A DNA stretch of 64,000 bases from Octopus vulgaris (taxonomy: Eukaryota): assembly GCA_951406725.2 (NCBI GenBank), contig OX597819.1, positions 67,704,001 to 67,768,000 on the forward strand. Reading direction: 5' to 3'. How positions within the stretch are numbered: the stretch's first letter is position 1; the number at the start of each line of letters is the position of its first letter. Below are positions 53,671 to 64,000 of the stretch, piece after piece. The notes under the pieces were generated by a model. That model searched no databases. It was not told where the DNA came from and saw only the letters and a program-made list of their open reading frames with translations. Made by a program: the position numbers and the translations under genes.

Positions 53671-55218
53671 ATTTGCTATCCTTATCTTTGTGGGGATATG
53701 AGGTTTGTTATTTTCATTTAACTGATGTCGAAAATGCCACTTCGCTTCATGAGCAATTTAAATTGTGTACTTTTATACCTAACAATTAATTTTTCTTTCT
53801 TTTTTCCCCTCAGAGTATAATGACCACACTACATGTCAACAGCCATCAGAAATCATCCAAGTCGGGAGAGAGAGTATATGTACCAACCAACATTGGTTTT
53901 CATGAGAAACGTCTATATTGTGATTTCTGTTACGCAAAATATTTTGACTATCAACAGAATAATTCTACCGATTTAGTAACAGAAAAAGAAGGAATATAAG
54001 GAAAGACAAAAGAAATTGTAATTCTAGACGCAAGTTTTGGAAGAAAATATTAACTACCAGATCTAGATAGATATTTTATTGGAATGTGTTAAATTTACCT
54101 GTTATATTCACGGCGTGCTTCTTTATTATGGTTCCGTAATGTTGAAATTTGCGACCTCGAAGTGAAACCGTACCTCAGCTATATATAGAATTTATTTGTC
54201 AAAGTACATAAACCTTTTAGTACGTCTTAATATGAGACATGACACGTTATATAACATGCAGCGTTACTTCATGAGTACATTTCAACATTGATACCTTAAA
54301 CTAAGTGATCATAATTCCTTCCTCGTATAAACTGTGTTTACCATAAACAAATTGTGCATTACTTATTCAATATCTGACACAAATTTCGCGGTGTTGCAGA
54401 AGACTACATGCGAATGTTTATATCTTACATATCTGAAAATTGTACCGGAACAACGAAGTCTCTACATCACCGCACAACCTGCAAGAAACAATAGCAAATA
54501 TCCTTATCATATTACAGTATAGGATTTCAAAGGCAAAACATCAGTTGCATTAATTAGTTCAACAAGAAATCATCCTAAAACATGACAAGTTTTTTATCAC
54601 ACGCATTTCATTGTACAAAAGAAAAATAGGTCAACACTGAATTGGGTTAAAATCCCAAACCAAGACCAAATTTCCTCGTCTATTTTATTCCTCAATTCTG
54701 TATTATGGGTGAGAGATATTTCTTCAAAGGAGAATATATGAAAATATTATTTTCATGCAATATTTTAAAGTCAGTGTCTGAAAAACAGTCCTAAAACCAA
54801 GACCATCTATTATTCAGAAATGGTATAATCCACAAAAATATTTTTCGCAATATTTTAGTGAAAAACATCGTGAGATTCCTTTATTTTAAATGTAAAAATA
54901 CCTCTATATATATAGATAGTTCAATTTTTATCCAATCATAGGGATAACCTCCGTGAAATTAACATGCAAGCGGCCGAACACCTCACAGATATGCATATCT
55001 TTCACATATTGCAGGTACATTTCGTTTTTACCAAGTGAGTGGACAAACGCAAAGAAATATAAAGTGTCTTGCTCAAAGACACAATGCACAGACAGGAATC
55101 GAACTCACATACTCAATAATCGAAATATATATACAGAAACACATACAAATACATTTGATATATTCCAACGGAAGTCTGAACATTTGTGAAACGGGAAAAA
55201 AAATTTGTTCGCATTAAA

Positions 55219-56043
55219 ATGTTATATGATCCCACAATAAACGCAGTTGCAAGATACATCTCCATTTTCATACTGTCTTTTGGCACTCTAAACAATTTAA
55301 TAATCATTATAGTTATGAGTTCAAAGGAGATGAGTAGTTTGAAAATCACACCGTATATGATTTGTTTGGCTGTTGTAGACATTATCAATTTATGGTTAAA
55401 TTTACTACGTAATGTCTTGATTTCGTTTGAAATTGGATTGTCTGTAATGACAAGTAAATTTTACAAGTACATAAGTTTTATCGCCACTGACATGTCTTCA
55501 TATATAACAGTTATTATGTCCCTTGAACGTTTGTTGGCCGTGTACTTGCCATTTAAATTTAAGTATATGCCAAACCACTTGTGGTCTTTTTTCTTTGTAA
55601 TATCAACGACTTTTATAAGTATATTAATAATTAATACCACGTTGCTATACACCAAAATCTTTTCTGATATAATTCTTTCGATAACAGCAGCTTTAAAATA
55701 TGCCTTCATTCCAGCAGCTATTTATTTAGTAAGCAATATTCTCATGTTATACAAGTTATTTAACAGGCCGAATCTAGGCCAGCAGAAATGCGACAATGCA
55801 CAGTCACGAAATACTATGTATCTTGTGATCAGTATAAATGTCATATTTCTTCTTACAATCTTTCCTGTATCGATTGCTGCAATTGTAATTGGCTTCAACG
55901 ATGTCATGTTTTCGCCTATATTTTTAATTGCAGACGTTTATTCCATGACTAACTATGCTGTAAATTGCATTGTATATTTTTTAATCAGTAAAAATTTCAG
56001 GAATAAATTCAAAGAAATATTCTGTATAAGGAAAAGAAATTAA
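55219..56043 (+). CDS. Class A 7TM GPCR, copy 7 (274 aa from ATG 55219, intact, divergent subfamily)
   Basis: GTLNN, LAVVD, MSLERL, YAFIP, FLLTIFP, NYAVNCIVY, FRNKF. Shares family signatures RY.SI, PY.ICL and RPNLGQQ. The track start at 55186 is a GTG. Confidence 0.92.
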   Translation: MLYDPTINAVARYISIFILSFGTLNNLIIIIVMSSKEMSSLKITPYMICLAVVDIINLWLNLLRNVLISFEIGLSVMTSKFYKYISFIATDMSSYITVIMSLERLLAVYLPFKFKYMPNHLWSFFFVISTTFISILIINTTLLYTKIFSDIILSITAALKYAFIPAAIYLVSNILMLYKLFNRPNLGQQKCDNAQSRNTMYLVISINVIFLLTIFPVSIAAIVIGFNDVMFSPIFLIADVYSMTNYAVNCIVYFLISKNFRNKFKEIFCIRKRN

Positions 56044-57329
56044 ACAAGTGTACATGCTTTGTGACATCTGATATTTATAATTTTGCGACTACATCTAATA
56101 ATTTAGTTTAAGTAACAGAATCCGAGAAACGAAGAGAAATATTCATAGAATGAGGAGAGGAATGGATAGTTGAATAGATCCGCCACTTTGGATGAATAAC
56201 AATTATTCTATCATCCTCGAACGTATGAAAGGCAACACGCCCGTATTATTCGAATTAAACTGGAAAGTGTCTGATTGTTGAATACATTTATATGAGCATT
56301 AAAAAAAGCTATCCACGTAACTCAAATATTAATACTTATTCTGATAATGCTACTACTACCACCGCCGCCTTGTCACCGACATCACCATCACCACCACCAC
56401 CACTACTAGTACTACTACACCTGCTATAATTACTTCTGATGCTGCTATTACTACTATTATTGCTACTACTACTACTATTTTCCCATTCATATTTGATGCC
56501 CTAAGCTGTGGACTCCACCCTGGCGGCATTCAACCATAACCAATGATAAGAGATATTGCTATGACCACAAAGAGTAAATTCATTCTTCGAATCTAAAACA
56601 CATGTTCACATGTTCGCACATTTTACGACAAATGAAGGAATGCACAATAACTTCTATCTCCAGTTTCGTCTCAAATTAGAATACGAGAAACTCGTTGAGA
56701 CAAAGAACGAATGCAGAAACTCTGTCCCGAAAACTTAAAAGTTATATTTATTATACTGATTATAACATCAAAGCCTGTAGGTAAGCGAAAATTGTTTCCC
56801 ACCGCAGTCAAACATTTGTGATACAGCCGCCAACCAGACGCAGCTTACAACAGCTTCTCGGGATCTATACATTTATATATGCAAATCATCAATAAAATAA
56901 CTGGAAATGTTTCGAGTTTTAATAATATAGACTAATTTCTGATGTGAGCAGATGTTATTGACGCCTCTGAGATTTTCAACTTTCCGAATTCCAAAAACGG
57001 TTATCACATATTAGTTTATATATACTTTTCTCATCATTTTCGATGCACTGTAAAGCGTGTTTGTAAACTGTCACTTAAATGTTATTTTTGCTACGAACTT
57101 AAAGACCCATTGTAAGGGTGTAGAATTATCAAATCATCAAGATTAATCTCCTTGGGGAGGGGGCTAGTTGATTAGATCGACACCACTACATAACTGGTAC
57201 TTAATTTATCGAGCCCCAAAAGATGAAAGGTAAAGTCGATCTCAGCAGAATTTGAACTCAGAACAGAAAGACAGACGGTCATAATATACAAACATTTCTC
57301 ATAGCGCCAGAACACTGTTTACAGATGCT

Positions 57330-57700
57330 TACATTTTTAATGTTTTCCATGATTTTTTCATGGGTCCAAGTTAGAAGTTTATGTTGGTGTTATGCCTAGG
57401 GTGCCATATATTTGATTTTGCACATAGTATTGATCTAGAGAATGTTTAAGAAGGCATAAAAAATTATGAGTTTGTTTTAAAATATGAGATTACGTACACA
57501 GAATTTTACGCAGGTTATGGGCAGTTCCTACGAGTATTATCTTTTGAATTTCTGCCATTTTGGGGTTTCCTGGTATCTGAGCTAGATAGGTGTCAGCCCC
57601 TTTTGTCATTCCACGTTTTGCAAATTTCTAGTTCAAGATCTTTATACTTACTCAGTTTTTAGTAGGTTTGACAGATACATTTATGTCGACTGGGACAGTT
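57330..57700 (-). mobile_element. Second, more truncated copy of the RLE-LINE 3' end
   Basis: Shares TCTTTTGAATTTCTGCCATTTTGGGGTTTCCTGGTATCTGAGCTAGATAG and the UTR with 59100-59598. Confidence 0.75.
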
Positions 57701-57739
57701 ATTATTATTTTTGTTGTTGTTGTTGTTGTTGTTATTATT

Positions 57740-58990
57740 CAATATTTGGTAGCTTCATTCACATTTCTATTGCATTACCTGGTACACCTCCAGGTGGGAT
57801 AATTTAATAGGCTTTCCTACCATCTATCCATGTTATTGTTAGATTCTTTCTTCCCGCTCTTACTTCATTTAGAACTGATTTGTCTATATATAATAGATCA
57901 TACGTTCCTCTAGCATTCTTCCTGCAACCTTTTTGTTCTTTTGGTAGTAAATTCTAGTTGTCAAGTTGCTCGTAAATGCTTTCTGAAAGTATTCGTGTTA
58001 ACAGGTTCCACACTAATGGTAAGCAAGTGATTGGCCTATAGTTGCTAACTGTATTACCCTTGCTCTTATCCTTCATAATTAGTATTGCCCTATTTTTAAT
58101 CATCCAATCTGGTATTATCCATTCACTAAGGCAAGCCTGAAGTTGTTCCATCAGCCGCCCATGTAAATTAATGCCTTTTTAACCAGTACACGTGAGCTAA
58201 ATCTGGTCCTGCTCCCTTCCAATTCGGCATGTTCCCCTAACACTTTACTCATTAATTCACTAGTTAATCTTAGTCCTGGCTGCTTCTCACTCACTACTTC
58301 ACTCACTTTCTTTAACCATACTGCATTTCCATTATGAGTGACTGGTTTATCTTAAATATTACTCCAGATCTTCCTAGCTTCCTCTGCATTTCGTTTCTCT
58401 TCTTAAGTAATTCGTTCTCCACTATTTATTTGGTTATAAAAACTCCTCTGATATGTCTCAAGTATTCTATTCTGATACTGATCTATTCTTTTCTGATATC
58501 TGGAAAGCTTACATGCTGCTACTATGATACGCTGTTTCAACTCTTCTATTACTGTTCCAAATCCTTTCTCTTTGACTAAGTATCTTTCCTCGATACAAGA
58601 TTTGCATCTTGTGATTTGTAACTTGTTTGTTTTCAAGGTTTCTGTACTACGTAAAAATCCTAGAATCCCCCTCCTAGTCGTTTCTTGTAGCCTCCTTCTG
58701 TTGATGTCTTTTAATACTGGCAATCTTTTTCTTCTTCCTTTACTCATTACTTCCTGCAACTCATCTAAAAATATTTTGATCTTCTTCACGTAAATCACTG
58801 AAGTCGTTGGCGCCAGTTGTCCCTTCTTTATTGGGAACGCTAGTACTATTTTTTCGTTTAGGTTCATCTTTGATTTGAGTTGTTATCTTTCACACTACCT
58901 GGTCTTTCTTTTCCAATTCTCCTGTTATCTCTTCTACCTTCAATTCTGTCATCCACTTTCTCTTCTGACAGCATTAACCTCATCAACTAA
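57740..58990 (-). mobile_element. Non-LTR retrotransposon RT fragment, R4/Dong-like (RLE type)
   Basis: NYRPITCLP..W.LLT.ILSE, EQKGCR.NARGT.DLL.IDK and NL.ITWID.RKAY motifs, with stops. Confidence 0.82.
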
Positions 58991-59018
58991 TCTCTACTCA
59001 GTCACTTTGAACATGCCC

Positions 59019-59069
<51 letters not shown>

Positions 59070-59099
59070 TATTATTATTATTATTATTATTACCATTAT

Positions 59100-59597
59100 C
59101 ATATGTTTGACTTTTTTGTATTTGTACAAGTTGGTTCCAAGTTTCACTCAGAGACCGTAAGAGACAACATGTTAGAAGTTCATGTTGTTGTTATGCCTAG
59201 GGTGTCATATATTTGGTTTTACTCAAAGAGAATGTTTAAGAAAACAAGAAAATTATAAGTTTGTTTTAAAATTTGAGATTGCATAGACGATATATTACGT
59301 AAGATTTGGGTAGTTCCCATGAGCACTATCTTTTGAATTTCTGCCATTTTGGGGTTTCCTGGTATCTGAGCTAGATAGCAATCAGCCCTTTTGCTATTAT
59401 TTCTAGGGCTCCTATGACAATAGTTATTGTTTTAGTCTTGAAGTCCCACACTTTGCCAATTTCTATTTCAAGATCTTTATACTTGCTCAATTTTTGATAG
59501 GTCTCGACAGATATGTTTATGTTGATTGGCACAGTCATATCAATGAGGAAGCATGATTTTTGTCTGAAGCCTTTTAACATAATTTCTGGCCTTTTCG

Positions 59598-59598
<1 letters not shown>
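59100..59598 (-). mobile_element. 3' end of an RLE-type (R4/Dong-like) LINE
   Basis: CFLIDMTVP..QKLSKYKDLEIEI..IVIGAL is a restriction-like endonuclease tail, followed by 3' UTR. Flanked by (TTA)n on both sides. Confidence 0.8.
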
Positions 59599-59643
<45 letters not shown>

Positions 59644-61187
59644 GTTATTACCATGCTTGATATTATTTGTATTGTGCCCTCATCCTTTGCCCTTGTATCA
59701 AATAAATGAAATCATTATTATCATTATCATTGTTATTGCTGTTCTTGTTGCCGTTGTTTTTGTTGTTCTTGTTGTTGTTGTTGTTGAGACGAGTGGCTTA
59801 GTGGTTAGGGGTGTTTAACTTATGAGTGTGGCATTTTGGTTTCGAATCCTGGACCGGGTGAAGCATTTTGTTCTTGAGCAAAACACTTCGTTTCACGTTG
59901 TTCCACGCCATTCAGCCGGCAAAAATGAGTAATCTTGCGATGAACTAGCGTCCTGTCCGGATGGGAGGTCACGGAAACCAGAAAACAGGCCCTATGTGTC
60001 TATATGACTCAGAAAGGAACTTTATCCTTTTAAGAGAAAAGAGGCAATCTAGCAGAAGCGTTGGATCGACGAGTGAAATGCTTGCAACATTTCGTCCGTC
60101 CGTACTATCTGAGTTCAAATTCTGTCGTGGTCGATTTTGCTTTTCATCCTTTCACGGTCGATAAAATAAGTATCATCGAGCATTGGCGGTCGATGCAATC
60201 GACTAAATATCTCTCGAAAAATTTCAGTCCTTGTTGCTATAATAAAAAACGATTATTATGATGATAAAAAGAAATCATTATTATTATTATCATTATTATT
60301 ATCACTGTTGTCAAATATATAGGATATTGGAGATAAGTAGCCATTACTAAAATGCTTCTCAGCAGAAAACAACTAAATGGTGTTATTCTCGTTTCTCGCA
60401 TGATAAATTATTATTGACTTGATCATTATTTGAATATATTTTATATATTTTCTTCACAATAAAGTATTTATTTAATGTAAATCTTTTTTTTTCTAAATTA
60501 AATTACATTATTATCATTATTATATTCAAATTTATTAAAGCGAAACATCTGCTGCAGTAATTGCGACCGTGAAGAGACGTGTGTGAGATGAAATAGACAA
60601 CATTTTGACGTTGATATTACTTTGGATTGAATATGACGAAGACGTGTTGGATATCAGCAGATCATACAAAACATAACCACAAATAGTGCTGAATTTATAT
60701 CAGTGAACAATGCCCGGTAAAACGTCCATATTTCTGTAAGTACTGCATTTTACTACTGTAGCAAACTAAATTTTAGAAATGTAAGGAAAATAGAAACAAA
60801 ATGGCTGCAGATTACAGAAATACTGCGGTCTAAGTGCGAAACGTGGATTAATTTTTGTTTCAAATGATTTGCAATAATTTACAGATAAGTCATATGATCG
60901 ATATCACATGCACTCACCGCATCAATATGTATACACACGCAAAGGCTGGGAGCGAGCAGAGTCGTTATACACGCCGGGTAAAATGCTTTGCTGGATTTCG
61001 CCTGTCTTGAATTCGATGAGATCAAATCTCGTCGAGGTCAACTTTGCGTTTCAGGATTCATGGATCGAGAACACAACTACTAGCCGAGCACTTGGGTCGA
61101 TATAAACAACTTACCCACGCTTCCAAAATTGCTGGCTTTGTGTCAAAATCTGAAGCCAATACGTATACATATTCTAACACACATGTG

Positions 61188-61234
<47 letters not shown>

Positions 61235-61795
61235 ATGGTTCCATGCATGTAAATATGTATATATATATGCATAGGCATGGGCGTGTGTGTGTGTGTGTGT
61301 GTGTGTGTGGTAAGAAGCTTGCTTTCCAACCACATAGCTGATGGCTCAGTCCCACCGCGTGCACGTTCGGCAAGTATTTTCGATTGTAGCCTCGGATCGA
61401 CCAAAGGCTTGTGAGTAAGTAAATAGAGAATTTATCTGATGTACTTTTAACTGTCTCGATAACTGAAGAGATGTTGGAGCAGGTTTCCGCCCCGACATCC
61501 GAACTCGGAATCTTATTATGGCAACCCAATATATATATACATATATATGAGAAACAGAAAATGGAGAAATTGGCATGCAAATATCAGTTTCTTCAAATAT
61601 ATTCAAATCCATATAATGAAATTCTAGTCCTACACTCGTATATATATATATAAATTAAATTCTATGTCTTTGTGCAGCTGAAGATTGGTCTACATTTTAA
61701 ATTGATGTAATGAAATGATTGCATTGTTGAATTAAATGGACTCGCATGAAGCGGTCGTACTGCATTACTTCTGGATATCCTTGTTGCTTATTTTG

Positions 61796-61833
<38 letters not shown>

Positions 61834-62747
61834 GGTGGAGTTGGTTGGTATCGTACGGTCTAACGGTGGATTAAAAGTCTTTGTTCTTCTAGCATTCAAA
61901 TGTGATGACGCAATTGTCTACATAACGATTTTCACACAGAATAAAAATATGTACTAGTGAAGCCCGTGTAAATATGATGCAATATATGATATTACAATAA
62001 AGAGACAAATTGAAAATCCTTCTTTATTCTCCCCTGAGATGTACACTATAATTTATCCAACGCATACAAATCCCAAACCAAAATCTCAGGAAAAACTACG
62101 TTTCATACCTGATTGGATTTCGGATATGCACGATTTACAAGGACTACTAAATATTATTTAACCGTTATGGTATCACATACACAATCACAGTTCTTCGATA
62201 GTTACACGCTCTCATAATATTGCAATGCTACACACATATATATTAGAGTGTGCATGTGCAGAACAGTTTTTCTTTTAGGCAAGATGTATTGAAAATACGA
62301 CCAAGTTTATAATTTAATCTTTGTATTAGTATTTGCGTATCAGCTCCTGGTAGCTCCTTGTAGTTTTTTTCGAACATGAAAATACGGAAATTCATTTTGA
62401 TCAATATTTTCTGTCTCATATTCATATTCGTTTGACTTCTTAAAAGCCTCGTTTGTTATAGCGGTAGGATTTGCCTAATGCATTCTAAAATTCTGTGTAT
62501 GTCGATTTTGCAGCAGGAATTTCACTCGTGTATCTTAAAATGAGCTGCTTGGCGGAGGTCTGCGGAGAATGACATGGCAAGCCTTGACTACTGGGATCGA
62601 CTCAAAAAATCTCAGGTTTTGCTCCGTATACTGCTGCTGTGAAACTAGCTTCTTGTTGTCATTGATGTATTATAACTGCTTCAGATAACTGCTTCAGATG
62701 ATTCCTATTTTTAAAGGTTCTTTTTAAAAGATCATATGGCTGTGCTA

Positions 62748-62884
62748 TTTTTTAACCCCCGTCGAGGAGGTTATGCTTCTAATGGCGTTCGTTTGGGAAA
62801 TTTGGTGATTTTCAGCATGCGTGTATATGGGTGGAAATGAGCTGCTTGGCGGAGGTCTGCACCCTCCGAGTGCTTTTGTAGTTT
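62748..62884 (+). mobile_element. Short Helentron/HINE-like non-autonomous element; partial second copy ending about 62565
   Basis: 5' TTTTAACCCCCGTCGAGGAGGTTATG, 3' TTGGCGGAGGTCTGCACCCTCCGAGTGCTTTTGTAGTT (subterminal IR plus terminal hairpin). Confidence 0.5.
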
Positions 62885-63481
62885 TCTTTGTACAATTATT
62901 AGTTTTAATGACGCGGAACTTCTTCATATGTTTCAACAATGGTTCCACGGCAATTTTTGTACATACATTTACATACCGTCGGTAGTGATATCTGTTCTGC
63001 ACTTAGCCTAGTTGATCCTTAACATAGTCGGTCCTTAACGCTTGTTCTTGAGTTGCGCATATGAGTGTTGTTATTATTATTAATATCATTATCATCACCA
63101 TTATCATTACTATTATTATTATTATTATCATTATTGTTTTTGTTTCTGTTGTTGTTGTTATCATTATTATTATTATTACTGCTGTGGTTGTCGTCGTCAT
63201 CATCATCATCATCACCATCAACGTCAATATCTCCCTTACTTCGACCTAACTGCCTGATTTTCCTTTTTTTTATATATCTTTTTAGTATAGACCATCATTT
63301 GTGTCCTCAGTGTCTTTCTCAATTGAGGTTTCTCAGATTTTATGTTCCTTCATCAATAAAATAGTTGAATAATGATGGACGGTTCTAAATATCGAGTCTC
63401 ACCCAAAATGTACGGATGTACTTAGACGATTAAGTTTATAAATAAATTCATTTTCCAAATCTTAATTAACTAATTACAATA

Positions 63482-64000
63482 TCACTTAAATATCTCTTTA
63501 GTTTTCTTCTGGATTTGTTTACTAAATCAAAAATATATTATACAATTAAAGCTGTTGTTTGTGCATGCCAAAATATTAGTAATTAGATAATCAATTTCTG
63601 CCATGATTATTTCACGAAAATCGGCAATGTTTGTACTTGTAATAATGGACACAGGGCCAGTTGTGAGTAAAACCATGGCATTTATAGTGATCACTAAGCA
63701 AAAGCCTTTCCTTGTTTTTTTGATTTGCCTATCGCGTTGACCAATATTAAGTCTACGAAGTAATTTGCATGACATTAGAATAGTGCTGAAAATTAAAATG
63801 GTTGCTGATATGTGGGAATAAACACAACAAAATATGAAAACAGTCGTTGTCTGAGAAACGAAGAGTCGGTATATTAAAATGGCAGAAAGTACAAACGAAC
63901 AAATTAAAACTGTTGATAATGCAAAGAGTTTTCTTTAAACTCCTTGCTACAGTAAAAAAAAACACGGATAGTAGTCGTTCAAATGAGATAAGTACAGTTA
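63482..64000 (-). pseudogene. GPCR copy 8, 3' half (TM3 to C-terminus); 5' part lies beyond the window; appears disabled
   Basis: Minus strand reads TVLISFERLLSV, then a frameshift near 63925-63935. It continues ...VYSHIS..KLLRRLNIGQR..INAMVLLTTGP..NNSFNCIIYF with premature TGA at 63527-63529, followed in frame by FSKQIQKKTKEIFK* (cf. copy 7 ISKNFRNKFKEIF). Confidence 0.82.

Noticed and set aside
63954-63962. Homopolymer sequencing error as the sole cause of the copy 8 frameshift
   Set aside because: The downstream frame has a TAA between the run and TM4, so the shift lies further on. A separate premature TGA exists at 63527-63529.

Overview
AT-rich, microsatellite-saturated animal genomic DNA. 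The SINE and repeat content suggests a coleoid cephalopod, probably Octopus (inferred from repeat recognition, not a search). The only host genes I can support form a tandem array of eight paralogous class A (rhodopsin-like) 7TM receptor genes with uninterrupted CDSs. Four are intact (4624-5556, 31854-32753, 38214-39107, 55219-56043, all +). Four are disabled (about 15290-16177 +, 41529-42414 +, 45525-46815 +, and a partial copy at 63482-64000 -). The receptors are small (274-310 aa), carry ERL/ERM and N(F/C)xxY-type motifs, have a very short second extracellular loop and lack the usual TM3-ECL2 disulfide cysteines. This fits a lineage-specific, birth-and-death, candidate chemosensory family. 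Copies 1 and 3-6 keep a splice-donor-like GTAAG 9-16 nt after the stop codon (decayed to GTAATT in copy 2), and copies 3-6 share upstream non-coding blocks. Intergenic DNA holds tRNA-derived SINEs, Tc1/mariner relics (one with a 120-bp intron), R4/Dong-type LINE fragments, Helitron-like elements, several fold-back inverted repeats and degenerate minimal hammerhead-ribozyme motifs. Nearly all other ORFs in the track are microsatellite artefacts. All alignments were done by eye and repeat boundaries are approximate.
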